Source of the DNA: a virus
Virus record (IMG/VR): IMGVR_UViG_3300045988_103014
Coordinates: 77,780 to 141,779 of that record
DNA: 64,000 bases
Direction: 5' to 3' (one strand)
Positions within the stretch are counted from its first letter, which is position 1. Every line of letters begins with the position of its first letter. Made by a program: the position numbers and the translations under genes. The notes beneath the pieces were generated by a model that did no database searches, was not told where the DNA came from, and saw only the letters and a program-made list of their open reading frames with translations. This document shows, piece by piece, positions 7,774 through 17,903 of this stretch.

Positions 7774-9537
7774 ATGGAATATCAACTTATTAAACCATTG
7801 CTCCCAGATAAAAATTTAACAGTGGTAGAGCGGGTTTTATCAAACAGAGGTATTATGCCGGAGAATATTCAGCATTACCTTAACACCACAGATGATGACA
7901 TTATTGACCCTACAATGCTTATGAATGTAGAGGTCGGTGCAAAGATGCTCATCAGACACATTTCACAAGGTGACGATGTTCTAATACAAATAGATAGTGA
8001 CTGTGATGGCTACACTTCTTCCGCAGCACTTATCAACTATTTGTACAGTCTTTTCCCTGGCTTTGTGAAAAACCATGTATTTTATCGTATCCATACGGGG
8101 AAACAGCACGGTATAATTCCACAAACAGTACCAGATAATATTAAGTTAGTAATTGCACCAGATTCAAGTTCAAATGATTATGATGAACACAAAGAATTAC
8201 ATGAAAAAGGAATTGACGTGTTGGTAATTGACCACCATGAGGCAGATGCTATTTCCGAGCATGCTTGCATCATCAATAATCAATTATGTGACTACCCAAC
8301 AAAATCCCTATCGGGAGTTGGTGTTGTCTACAAGTTCTGTAGCTATATTGATAGTTTAATGGGTGTATCAAATGCAGACTTGATTTTAGACTTAGTTGCA
8401 GTTGGTATGGTGGCCGACATGATGGATTTGCGTGATTACGAGACCCGACACTTGGTCACAAAGGGACTCGACAATATCCGCAACCCTTATCTCAAGGGGA
8501 TGGTACAGACCCAAAACTTTAGTATTTCTAAACATGGCGGGTTAGACCCCTTTGCGGTAAGCTTTTATATTGCACCTCAAGTCAACGCGACTATTCGTGT
8601 TGGCACGCAAGAAGAAAAGCTCATGCTATTCGAATCTATGCTTGACTATCGGGGATATGAACAAGTCCCTTCGACCAAACGAGGATGTAAGGGTCAAACA
8701 GAGACGAGAGTAGAACAGGCTTGTCGTAATTGCTTAAACATTAAGAATAGGCAAACAAAAGCAAGAGACACAAGCTTGAATACAATTGAACAGATAATTG
8801 AAAAAAATAATCTTTTAGACCACAAGTTTTTAGTAGTTAAACTTGAACCTGACTATGCTACTGATAGGAACCTTACTGGATTGATTGCAAACCAGTTGAT
8901 GGCTAAATATCAGAGACCAGTCCTATTACTGAACCGAGTTACAAATCCGGAAACTAAGGCAGTAAGCTGGGAAGGGTCAGGCAGAGGATACGACAAGTCC
9001 AAGTTTGACAACTTGAGAGAGTATCTCAAGACTACAGATTTGGTCATGTACGCTGAGGGACACGCAAATGCGCTGGGCGTAGGCGTAGAGGACAGCCATT
9101 TTTCTGAATTGGTTGACCGTGCTGACACGGACTTAAAAGATTATGATTTCACCCCATGTTATAAAGTAGATGAAATCTTCCACAGTTCTGACTTTAACGG
9201 AAATGATATTGTCGAAGTGGCTGAGTTAAAATCTATATGGGGCCAAGGAGTAGAGGAACCTATGATTGCGATTGAAGGTATAAATGTTACAAAAGCAAAT
9301 GTAACTCTGATGTCGCCTGATAAGAGCCCTACTTTGAAGATAACCTTGCCAAATGGCACGAGTTTAATTAAGTTCAGGTCGTCAAGTGAAGAGTATGAGA
9401 ACTTATGCTCTGAGCTTGGTTGTGTAACCATCAATGTTGTGGGAAAATGTGAACGCAACGTTTGGAATGGTAGTATTACTCCACAAATAATTATTGAAGA
9501 TTACGAAATTGTAGGAAGCACTCAATACTATTTTTAA
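7774..9537 (+). CDS. RecJ-like DHH-family ssDNA exonuclease / phosphoesterase
   Basis: 587 aa. SD AAAGGAGG. DHH motifs IDSDCDGYTSSAAL and VIDHHEAD. Confidence 0.8.
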   Translation: MEYQLIKPLLPDKNLTVVERVLSNRGIMPENIQHYLNTTDDDIIDPTMLMNVEVGAKMLIRHISQGDDVLIQIDSDCDGYTSSAALINYLYSLFPGFVKNHVFYRIHTGKQHGIIPQTVPDNIKLVIAPDSSSNDYDEHKELHEKGIDVLVIDHHEADAISEHACIINNQLCDYPTKSLSGVGVVYKFCSYIDSLMGVSNADLILDLVAVGMVADMMDLRDYETRHLVTKGLDNIRNPYLKGMVQTQNFSISKHGGLDPFAVSFYIAPQVNATIRVGTQEEKLMLFESMLDYRGYEQVPSTKRGCKGQTETRVEQACRNCLNIKNRQTKARDTSLNTIEQIIEKNNLLDHKFLVVKLEPDYATDRNLTGLIANQLMAKYQRPVLLLNRVTNPETKAVSWEGSGRGYDKSKFDNLREYLKTTDLVMYAEGHANALGVGVEDSHFSELVDRADTDLKDYDFTPCYKVDEIFHSSDFNGNDIVEVAELKSIWGQGVEEPMIAIEGINVTKANVTLMSPDKSPTLKITLPNGTSLIKFRSSSEEYENLCSELGCVTINVVGKCERNVWNGSITPQIIIEDYEIVGSTQYYF

Positions 9538-9578
9538 TTGCACAATATGCGGCCTAATAGAAATATTAGGAGGCTATT

Positions 9579-10487
9579 ATGAAAACAAAAATAACTAAGA
9601 AACTTGTAGCAGCAATGCTTATTATGGCATGTTTTTTAATGCTAGTAGGCATGGGTTGCCACGCGGGTACTAATACAACTTCGGAAGCTGACATCCCTTC
9701 TGAAACTATTGAAATGACAACTGAATATGAAGTTTGCACCGTACAAATGAATGATGTTGCTACTGTGGGAGCCGCATATGAAGTAGAGGAAGAGCCAATC
9801 GTGCTTGATGCCTCAGAAATTTCAGTAGTGGAAACCAGAGACAAATCGGAATTAGAAAACTTAATACAGGAAACTGAGACCAAGTTATCAGCTGCTCAGG
9901 CTATGCTTGAGAGCTGTCAGACTCTTGGTTATACAGATGATAATCCAGTAGTAGTATTAGCAAATGAAGAAGTAGCTAATATTCAAGCCGTACTTAATAC
10001 ATATAATGAGACTTATGCTGAGGTTCTAGTTGAGGTTAGAAACCAGGAGCGTATGGAAGAGTATCCTGCGGCAACTACAGTTTGGAATTATTTAACCCAG
10101 ACATTAGGTTACAGTGATGCGGTGGCTGCCGGTATCCTTGGCAATATGATGGCTGAAGTCGGTGGACAAACACTTGCTCTACAGCCAAGTATTTATGGGC
10201 ATTCATCGAATGGATATTATGGAATTTGCCAATGGAGCCTACGCTATTATCCTTCAGTAAATGGCGCAAGTCTTGAAGGACAGCTAGATTTATTGGCAAG
10301 TACTATCGAAGCTGAATTCAATGAATTTGGTTTTGTATCTGGATACTCTTATGAAGAGTTTTTACAGATTACAGACGAAAAGGCTGCAGCACTTGCATTC
10401 GCAAAGACGTATGAAAGATGTGGTTCTGGTAGCTATTCAGTAAGACAAAAAAATGCAACAAAGGCGTTAGAATACTATACTAATTAA
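9579..10487 (+). CDS. Secreted protein with C-terminal phage-tail-lysozyme-like (lysozyme2-type) domain
   Basis: 302 aa. SD TAGGAGG. N-terminal signal peptide (KKLVAAMLIMACFLMLVGMGCHAG). C-terminal AAGILGNMMAEVGGQ...YYGICQWS matches the G-N-x3-E-x-G ... Q-W pattern of phage tail lysozyme domains. Confidence 0.6.
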   Translation: MKTKITKKLVAAMLIMACFLMLVGMGCHAGTNTTSEADIPSETIEMTTEYEVCTVQMNDVATVGAAYEVEEEPIVLDASEISVVETRDKSELENLIQETETKLSAAQAMLESCQTLGYTDDNPVVVLANEEVANIQAVLNTYNETYAEVLVEVRNQERMEEYPAATTVWNYLTQTLGYSDAVAAGILGNMMAEVGGQTLALQPSIYGHSSNGYYGICQWSLRYYPSVNGASLEGQLDLLASTIEAEFNEFGFVSGYSYEEFLQITDEKAAALAFAKTYERCGSGSYSVRQKNATKALEYYTN

Positions 10488-10498
10488 AGGAGAGAGTT

Positions 10499-11011
10499 AT
10501 GAAGAAATCAATGATGTTTATGATTTCCTTGCTCTTAATCTTATGTATACTAACTCCAAGTATGGAAGTCCAAGCGGCGCAAAAGTATAAAACCGCACAA
10601 ACTGTGTGGGATTACCTCGACGAGCAAGGATATAATGATTATGTAAAAGCTGGCATTATAGGTAATATGATGGCAGAATGTGGTGGACAGACTTTAGCTC
10701 TCAATGCTGGGTGCAAAAGTAGTGCGCATTATGGTCTATGTCAATGGAGTCGCAAATATTGTCCAAATATGTATGGCGCTTCATTGAAAAGCCAGTTGAA
10801 ATATTTGAATAAAACAATGCCTGATGCTTTTAAGTATTATGGTAAAAGATATAAGGGCGGTTTTAATTTCAAGAAATTCAAAAACTTAAAAGATGAAAAA
10901 CAAGCCGCCAGAGCGTTTTCGCTTTGTTATGAACGGCCAGCCTCTAAGAATACTAAAAAGAGAGAGGCTAATGCTACTAAAGCATTAAAGTATTTTCGTT
11001 CTAAAAAGTAA
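10499..11011 (+). CDS. Secreted lysozyme2-like protein, paralog of the upstream gene
   Basis: 170 aa. SD AAAGGAGAG. Signal peptide MKKSMMFMISLLLILCILTPSMEVQA. KAGIIGNMMAECGGQ...HYGLCQWS. Confidence 0.6.
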   Translation: MKKSMMFMISLLLILCILTPSMEVQAAQKYKTAQTVWDYLDEQGYNDYVKAGIIGNMMAECGGQTLALNAGCKSSAHYGLCQWSRKYCPNMYGASLKSQLKYLNKTMPDAFKYYGKRYKGGFNFKKFKNLKDEKQAARAFSLCYERPASKNTKKREANATKALKYFRSKK

Positions 11012-11015
11012 TCAC

Positions 11016-11044
11016 GGGGAGCTGCGGCTCCCCTTATTTTTTTT
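11016..11044 (+). terminator. Rho-independent terminator
   Basis: GGGGAGCTGCGGCTCCCC followed by TTATTTTTTTT. Confidence 0.8.
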
Positions 11045-11058
11045 AAGGAGTTGATGTT

Positions 11059-11289
11059 ATGATGATGGATGCAATGCGACAATTGGGTATTGATGTCGCA
11101 ACTATTATACAATCTTTTGGAGTTAATATGGATGATGTAGATGAGTCCTTAATTGAGAAATTTAACAACACGGTTATTGGTTATCCTATAACGGCTGAGG
11201 AATTAAAAATTGCATTAGAAAAAGTGCAGAACCTCCCCGGACCGGAAACCAGCGCAGAAACCGTCATCTCAAATTCAAAAGTCGATTAA
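11059..11289 (+). CDS. Hypothetical protein
   Basis: 76 aa. SD AAGGAG 8 nt before the ATG. Confidence 0.5.
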   Translation: MMMDAMRQLGIDVATIIQSFGVNMDDVDESLIEKFNNTVIGYPITAEELKIALEKVQNLPGPETSAETVISNSKVD

Positions 11290-11317
11290 CTAATTTTTCG
11301 CCAAAAAGGTGCTTTTG

Positions 11318-11346
11318 TTGATAATTATTAAAAAATGTGATATAAT
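11318..11346 (+). promoter_or_regulatory. Sigma70-like promoter, extended -10 (TTGATA-N17-TGaTATAAT)
   Basis: TTGATA at 11318-11323. TGATATAAT at 11338-11346. Confidence 0.5.
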
Positions 11347-11378
11347 ATATGTAGATAAAAGTATAAGGAGAGATGATA

Positions 11379-11555
11379 ATGCCGGAATGGAAGAAAACTG
11401 CTAAGAAGTGGGCAATAGATAAATTCGATAGGGTAGTATATGAACACTACGGAGAGACTCGAGGACAGGGAGAGTTTCTTGAGTTTGAAGGCTATATCGG
11501 TGGAGATTGGCTCACATTTAGATATTATGAAGATGGAAAAATAACGGAGAGATAA
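11379..11555 (+). CDS. Hypothetical small protein
   Basis: 58 aa from the ATG at 11379 (SD AAGGAGA 6 nt upstream). The ORF track used the ATG at 11373. Confidence 0.4.
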   Translation: MPEWKKTAKKWAIDKFDRVVYEHYGETRGQGEFLEFEGYIGGDWLTFRYYEDGKITER

Positions 11556-11556
11556 T

Positions 11557-12744
11557 ATGGAACTAACAAGAAAACAAGAAGAAGGATTGAAGATTGCTCT
11601 TGAACGCCATAGAAATCACGAAAAATGTACGGTTATTGCCGGCTATGCCGGTACTGGTAAGAGTACACTTGTTAAGTATATAATTGCGGCGCTCGATGTT
11701 GACCCCGCAAAGGTGTGTTATGCGACCTTCACAGGGAAGGCAGCGCAAGTCTTAATCAAAAAGGGTAATAAAAATTCTTTAACCCTTCACAAACTTTTAT
11801 ATGATAGTATTCCTCGTCCAGCAGGCGGGTTTATGAGAATTCCAAAGAAGCAGCTTGACTACAGTGTGGTTGTAGTTGATGAGGTTTCAATGGCACCAAA
11901 AACAATTATGGACTTACTGTTTAAACATAATGTCTATGTAATTTGTTTAGGTGACCCATTCCAGTTGCCTCCAATAGACAAGGATGAAGATAATCACTTA
12001 CTTGACCATCCGCATGTATTTTTAGATGAAATTATGCGTCAGGCCGCAGAATCGGAAATCATTCGTTTAACAATGGACATTCGTGCGGGCAAGCCTTTGG
12101 TAAATTCAAGAGGTAATCAAGTTCATGTAGTAAGCAAAAATGAACTTGTAGATGGAATGTACTCTTGGGCTGACCAGGTGCTTGTTGCAACAAATGATAC
12201 TCGTCACGCAATAAATGACCAGATGCGTCAGATGAAAGGGTTCGGTCCAGAACCTTGCGATGGAGATAAGATTATTTGCTTGCGTAATTACTGGGGTATC
12301 TGTTCTGAAGAGGGCGCTGGTGACCCACTTGTTAATGGTACTATTGGAACTTTAACAATGCCAAGAAAAGATTTTATTGAGGTTCCTTATTACGCATATC
12401 GTCCTGGTAGAATTGATATTCTTGCTGGTGGATTTGTGTCTGATACTGGCGGAGATTATGGTGAGCTGAATATGGACCCAAAGATTATCCTTGGTGCAGA
12501 AAGTGATTTGGAATGGAGAGATAAGTATAAACTGGGTAAGCTTGCGGACCGCATTGGTGATGTAATTCCAAAAGAGTTTGCATATGGATATGCAATTACT
12601 TGCCACAAGGCGCAGGGTTCTGAATGGGATAAGGTTCTTGTGGTTGAAGAAAATTTCCCAAGAGTAAAAGAAGAGCATGCGCGCTGGCTATACACAGCAG
12701 CAACAAGAGCAGTAGATAAATTAGTGATTAGGAGAAAAGAGTAA
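11557..12744 (+). CDS. Dda/RecD-like SF1 DNA helicase
   Basis: 395 aa. Walker A AGYAGTGKST, Walker B VVVVDEVSM, C-terminal ITCHKAQGSEWDKVLVV. Confidence 0.8.
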   Translation: MELTRKQEEGLKIALERHRNHEKCTVIAGYAGTGKSTLVKYIIAALDVDPAKVCYATFTGKAAQVLIKKGNKNSLTLHKLLYDSIPRPAGGFMRIPKKQLDYSVVVVDEVSMAPKTIMDLLFKHNVYVICLGDPFQLPPIDKDEDNHLLDHPHVFLDEIMRQAAESEIIRLTMDIRAGKPLVNSRGNQVHVVSKNELVDGMYSWADQVLVATNDTRHAINDQMRQMKGFGPEPCDGDKIICLRNYWGICSEEGAGDPLVNGTIGTLTMPRKDFIEVPYYAYRPGRIDILAGGFVSDTGGDYGELNMDPKIILGAESDLEWRDKYKLGKLADRIGDVIPKEFAYGYAITCHKAQGSEWDKVLVVEENFPRVKEEHARWLYTAATRAVDKLVIRRKE

Positions 12745-13145
12745 TGAATGAATCGGCTGAGAGAATTAAAAGAGCATTAGATATGCACAGACAAAAAAAT
12801 AACAGACCTCTTGATGCGAATATGCAAGAGTTTGTTGATATGATGCAAAAAGATATTGAAAAAACCGTACAAGACAAGTATGGTGATTTCGTAGATATTA
12901 AACACTTACCTCCAACATCTGATATTGAAACCGTTGCTGCGATGACAGCACAGGAAATTAGAACTAAAGGATACGCTTATGATTCTTTATGCTTCAGATA
13001 TAGAGATGCCCGTTATAAACAGGCTGAAGCAGAGGCTGGTTTCCGTACTATTGGAGATGAGTGGGAAAAAGCTAAGAGACGAGCAGAACGTGATTATATG
13101 CGTTTTTGTATGATTTTAGACGATGTGATTGGAGAGCATGACTAA
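12744..13145 (+). CDS. Hypothetical protein
   Basis: 133 aa. ATG overlaps the upstream stop (TAATGA). Confidence 0.55.
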   Translation: MNESAERIKRALDMHRQKNNRPLDANMQEFVDMMQKDIEKTVQDKYGDFVDIKHLPPTSDIETVAAMTAQEIRTKGYAYDSLCFRYRDARYKQAEAEAGFRTIGDEWEKAKRRAERDYMRFCMILDDVIGEHD

Positions 13146-13753
13146 TGAAATTTCTGTCAATTGATTTTGATGTTTGTCTATGGAAAGACATCAATTTATA
13201 TAATAATATGGTTGGTACTTATAAAGAGGTAGATGAGTTATTTCAAAAAAATCCTATGCTACAAAATATTAGATTTGATGCAGACCTATATTGCAGATTA
13301 ACTGATTTAATTGTAAAAATAGCACAACGATTGCCTGCTGATAAAATTCATTTTATTACTTCCCATGAGGAGATTGTTCCTCTTATTCAGGTGGAAGATA
13401 GAAAAAACTCATTGGTAAATATTGATAATCATCACGATATTGAGTACAATTATCGTGATTATATTCGAGTTCCTCAATGTGGCAGTTGGGTAAAATATTT
13501 ATTCCAAGAGCAAAAGATTGAGAATTATGTTCATATCGGTACTGATAATTCTGATAGACCTTTTGATGAAGATATCCATTTTGTTGATGAATTTTGTAAT
13601 GTTAGTCAATACAATTTTGAACTTCTCGTAGATGAGATAGACGAACTTTTTATTTGTTTGTCACCAGCCTGGGTTCCTCGCCAGTATCACGGATTGTTTA
13701 AGGCGTGGGCGGCAACACTCGGACAATTAAAAAATTGTAAATATACTTATTAA
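13145..13753 (+). CDS. Hypothetical protein (acidic, His/Asp-rich)
   Basis: 202 aa. MKFLSIDFDV... and NIDNHHDIEY. No confident family. Confidence 0.55.
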   Translation: MKFLSIDFDVCLWKDINLYNNMVGTYKEVDELFQKNPMLQNIRFDADLYCRLTDLIVKIAQRLPADKIHFITSHEEIVPLIQVEDRKNSLVNIDNHHDIEYNYRDYIRVPQCGSWVKYLFQEQKIENYVHIGTDNSDRPFDEDIHFVDEFCNVSQYNFELLVDEIDELFICLSPAWVPRQYHGLFKAWAATLGQLKNCKYTY

Positions 13754-13766
13754 AGGGGCATAAAAA

Positions 13767-13967
13767 ATGTTTAAGCGACCAAAGAATAAATTTTGCAGTT
13801 TATGTCTACAAGACATTGATGATAGTACAAAGTATAATGTGTTTAAGCACAATACTTTGTTTAGAATGGATGGCGGATGGTGGCATTGTTTGATGCCACA
13901 TTATGTCTGTGAGTCCTGTATGCAGAAACTCCAGGCATACTGCCAGGAGAACAAGATTGAAAAATAG
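13767..13967 (+). CDS. Small Cys-rich (zinc-ribbon-like) protein
   Basis: 66 aa. CSLC...CESC pairs. Confidence 0.45.
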   Translation: MFKRPKNKFCSLCLQDIDDSTKYNVFKHNTLFRMDGGWWHCLMPHYVCESCMQKLQAYCQENKIEK

Positions 13968-13985
13968 TAAAAAATTTGATATAAT
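13957..13985 (+). promoter_or_regulatory. Sigma70-like promoter, extended -10 (TTGAAA-N17-TGaTATAAT)
   Basis: TTGAAA at 13957-13962. TGATATAAT at 13977-13985. Drives the Pol III alpha operon. Confidence 0.55.
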
Positions 13986-14018
13986 ATATAGAGAAAGATA
14001 AAAAGGAGAGCGAATTTA

Positions 14019-17000
14019 ATGAAACAGTATTTTGGATGTCATAATCATACAATGTATTCTAATATTAGATTGCTCGACTGCATAAACCGTCCGAAGGACC
14101 TCATTGATAAAGCCATTGAGTTGGGGTTAAGTGGAATTGCATTTACTGACCACGAGTGTGTTTCAGCACATATGGAAGTTAATCAGTATGCAAAGAAACT
14201 GAGAGAAACAAATCCTGACTTCGTAATTGGCTTAGGAAATGAGGTTTATTTGGTTGATGAGCGAGAGAGTGGAATTAAGTATTACCACTTTATTCTCATT
14301 GCGAAGGATGCCACAGGTCATAAAGCTATTCGTGAATTAAGTTCTACCGCATGGTATAATTCATATACGGATAGAGGTATGGAACGTGTGCCTATTACCA
14401 AGAAGGAGTTAGCAGACGTAGTAAATAAGTATCGTGGTCACTTAATTGCGACTACCGCTTGTATTGGTGGTGAGTTGTCAAGTACAGCTTATCTGATGGC
14501 ACAGGCGAGAAATGTGGGCGATGATACATCGGCTGCGGTATATTATAAACAAATTCAAGATTTTGTAGAGTATTGTTTAGATTTATTCGGCAAAGACTTC
14601 TACATAGAGTGCGCGCCTTCAACTGCGGCAGACCAGATGTTGGTTAATACAACTATTTATCGTATTGCAAGACATTATGGTATTAGAATGGTAGTTGGAA
14701 CCGATGCACATTATTTAAGACCGGAAGACCGTCCGGTTCATAAAGCATATTTGAACTCAAAGGGTGGAGAACGAGAAGTCGACTCATTCTATGAGTTTGC
14801 TCATCTTATGACATATGATGAGGTTAGAGAACTCTTGTTACCTTGCTTTAATGGCTTTGATATTTCAGCAGATGAAATTGTCGAAGATATTATGGAAAAC
14901 ACCTTAAATATGCAAGATAAAATTGAGTTCTATTCACTAGAAAGAAAGCAGATTATTCCTAAGATTGAAGTTGAGGATTGGCCTAAGCCAGAATGCGAGG
15001 GAGATTATCTTTCTGATAAATATCCAATTCTTAATTCATTATTAGGAAGTGATAATCCTCAAGAAAGATATTGGATAAATGAATGTCTAAATGCTTTATC
15101 TTTTAAGGGATTATATAATGACACTTATCTTGAAAGACTTGAGATTGAAGCAGATATTATTAAAGATATTGGAGAAAAGTTAGATGACTGTTTGTACGCA
15201 TACTTCAACACCTTCAAACATTACATCGACTTGTTCTGGGAGTGCGGAAGCATTGTTGGACCAGGAAGAGGTTCTGCTACAGGTTTCCTTTCCAATTACT
15301 TGCTCGGTATCACGCAACTTGACCCGATACGATGGAACTTGCCTTACTGGAGATTTCTTAACAAAGAAAGAGCCGAGTTGCCAGATATTGACATCGACCT
15401 TGCCCCATCTAAACGCCCCACAATTTTTAAGGCTATCAGACAAGAGCGTGGTGAGTTTGGGCTTATCCAGGTTGGCACTTTCGGAACTGAGGGAACAAAA
15501 TCCGCAATTCTTACAGCATGTAGAGGATATCGTAGCGAAGACTTCCCCGATGGAATTGATGTCGATGAAGCTCAGTACATGAGTTCACTCATTCCACAAG
15601 AAAGAGGTTTCTTGTGGTCAATCAATGATGTTGTTTATGGAAATGAAGAAAAAGGTCGTTTACCAGTGACAACATTCATTCGTGAAGCAACTAACTATCC
15701 TGGATTGTTAGAAATTATTATGGCAATTGAAGGATTGGTAAATAAGAGAAGTTCTCATGCATCAGGTGTCATTTTATATGGAGACGACCCATTTGAAACT
15801 GCATCCTTTATGAAGACTCCAGGAGGAGATTTAATTACTTGTTATGACCTTCATAAAGCAGAGGCGGGTGGAGATACAAAGTATGACTTCCTTGTAACTG
15901 AAATTTCTGATAAGATTATCATTTGTCTTGAACTTTTGGTTGAAGCTGGTGTAATTGATTCAGCAAGTTTAAGAGAGTTATATGAGACCATTCTTCATCC
16001 AGAAGGACTTGATACAACAAAGCCTGAGATTTGGGAACATCTTGCGGCTGGTGATATTCTTGACGTATTCCAGTTCTCAACTGGTGTAGGTTTGGCGATT
16101 GCGAAGAAGTTGAAGCCAGTTGACCCTCTTGAAATGACTGCGGCCAACGCGATGATGAGACTTATGTCTGAGAAAGGTACAGAGTCTCAGCAGGATAGAT
16201 ATATTAGAATTAAGCAACAAGGACTTGATGTCTTCGAGAAGGAAATGGTTCAGCATGGTGTGCCGGATGAGATGAGAAAAATTCTGCACGAAAGCTGCGA
16301 TAGATATTATGGTTGCTGTGCAATTCAGGAACAGATGATGATGCTTCTTATGGATTGTGCGAACTTTACACTTGGAGAAGCAAACTCAGCTCGTAAGGTT
16401 GTTGCGAAGAAGCAAATGGATAAGATACCCGCACTTAGAGAACAGGTATTAGGAAGATTTGAGAATGAAACGGTTGGTAAGTATTTCTGGGATATTGCGG
16501 TTGCTCCGCAGCTTGGATATGCGTTCTCAATGAACCACTCACTTCCATATTCATTTGTTGGTATTCAATCTATCGAGCTAGCAACTCGTTTCAATCCTAT
16601 TTATTGGAACACCGCTTGTTTGATTGTAAACTCTGGTGCAACAGACCCGGACAATGGCGGTTCCACAGATTATGGAAAGATTGCAAAGGCTATGGGAGAT
16701 ATTATCAATAGAGGTATCCAAATTAGTCTTGTAGACATAAATCATTCTGATTTTGGTTTCAAACCAGACGAGGAACACAATCAGATTTTATATGGTATGA
16801 AGAGTATGTTGAATGTTGGTGATGATTTAATTCAGACGATTATTAACAACAGACCATATGCTTCACCAAAAGATTTCTTGCAGAAAGTTAAGCCTAATAA
16901 ACAAGCTATGATTTCACTTATTAAAGGTGGAGCATTTGATACTATGATGGATAGAAGAAAGTGTATGGCTTGGTACATTTGGGAGACTTGCGACAAGAAG

Positions 17001-17903
17001 AAGAGATTGACTCTTCAAAATATGCCAGGTTTGATTAAGTATGGTATCATTCCACAGAATACTGAACAACAGATTATGGCAAAGAGAGTATTTGAATTCA
17101 ACAGATACTTGAAAGCAATTACAAAGGCTGATAAGAGTGCATATACTGGAAAATATACTCTTGACGAAAGAGCAATTAGTTTCTTGCAAGAATTAGGTCA
17201 GGACAGTTTGATTATGACTGACAATCTCGCCTGGTTCGTTGATATGAAACAATGGGATAATGTATATCAGAAGTGGATGGATGTATTCAGAAATTGGATT
17301 GCAGAAGATAAGGATAATATCTTATTTGAATTGAATAAAACAATTTTCAAAGAAGATTGGGATAAATATGCACAGGGTACAATCTCAGCGTGGGAAATGG
17401 AGGCGTTATGTTTCTATTACCACGAACATGAATTGGCACATGTGGATAAGAAGAGATATGGCTTTGCAGATTTCTACTCTCTTCCAGAAGACCCGGTTGT
17501 TGATAGAACATTCCAAAAGAGTGGTAAGACAATCAACATTTTCAAACTTGATAGAATTTGCGGCACTTGTATTGCGAAAAACAAGACAAAGTCAACTGTT
17601 ACACTATTAACAACAGATGGTGTTGTAAATGTTAAGTTCAGAAAAGAATATTTCTCATTATTTGATAAACAGATTTCAGCTAAGGGAGAAGATGGTGTTA
17701 AGCACGTAGTTGAAAAATCTTGGTTCAATAGAGGAAGTATGATTGTTGTAACAGGTATCCGCTCAGGCGATGACTTTATTTCTAAGAAGTATGCATCTAC
17801 AGGTGGACATCAATTATATAAGATTGATGCAATAAATGAAGATGGTTCTCTTACTTTGAGAGACGGACGTTATCAAGGAGAGGCAGAAGATGAACCAAGC
17901 TAA
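14019..17903 (+). CDS. dnaE: DNA polymerase III alpha subunit, DnaE type, with N-terminal PHP domain
   Basis: 1294 aa. SD AAAGGAGAG. PHP motifs GCHNHTMYS and FTDHECVSAH. Length and layout typical of a Pol III alpha. Confidence 0.85.
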   Translation: MKQYFGCHNHTMYSNIRLLDCINRPKDLIDKAIELGLSGIAFTDHECVSAHMEVNQYAKKLRETNPDFVIGLGNEVYLVDERESGIKYYHFILIAKDATGHKAIRELSSTAWYNSYTDRGMERVPITKKELADVVNKYRGHLIATTACIGGELSSTAYLMAQARNVGDDTSAAVYYKQIQDFVEYCLDLFGKDFYIECAPSTAADQMLVNTTIYRIARHYGIRMVVGTDAHYLRPEDRPVHKAYLNSKGGEREVDSFYEFAHLMTYDEVRELLLPCFNGFDISADEIVEDIMENTLNMQDKIEFYSLERKQIIPKIEVEDWPKPECEGDYLSDKYPILNSLLGSDNPQERYWINECLNALSFKGLYNDTYLERLEIEADIIKDIGEKLDDCLYAYFNTFKHYIDLFWECGSIVGPGRGSATGFLSNYLLGITQLDPIRWNLPYWRFLNKERAELPDIDIDLAPSKRPTIFKAIRQERGEFGLIQVGTFGTEGTKSAILTACRGYRSEDFPDGIDVDEAQYMSSLIPQERGFLWSINDVVYGNEEKGRLPVTTFIREATNYPGLLEIIMAIEGLVNKRSSHASGVILYGDDPFETASFMKTPGGDLITCYDLHKAEAGGDTKYDFLVTEISDKIIICLELLVEAGVIDSASLRELYETILHPEGLDTTKPEIWEHLAAGDILDVFQFSTGVGLAIAKKLKPVDPLEMTAANAMMRLMSEKGTESQQDRYIRIKQQGLDVFEKEMVQHGVPDEMRKILHESCDRYYGCCAIQEQMMMLLMDCANFTLGEANSARKVVAKKQMDKIPALREQVLGRFENETVGKYFWDIAVAPQLGYAFSMNHSLPYSFVGIQSIELATRFNPIYWNTACLIVNSGATDPDNGGSTDYGKIAKAMGDIINRGIQISLVDINHSDFGFKPDEEHNQILYGMKSMLNVGDDLIQTIINNRPYASPKDFLQKVKPNKQAMISLIKGGAFDTMMDRRKCMAWYIWETCDKKKRLTLQNMPGLIKYGIIPQNTEQQIMAKRVFEFNRYLKAITKADKSAYTGKYTLDERAISFLQELGQDSLIMTDNLAWFVDMKQWDNVYQKWMDVFRNWIAEDKDNILFELNKTIFKEDWDKYAQGTISAWEMEALCFYYHEHELAHVDKKRYGFADFYSLPEDPVVDRTFQKSGKTINIFKLDRICGTCIAKNKTKSTVTLLTTDGVVNVKFRKEYFSLFDKQISAKGEDGVKHVVEKSWFNRGSMIVVTGIRSGDDFISKKYASTGGHQLYKIDAINEDGSLTLRDGRYQGEAEDEPS

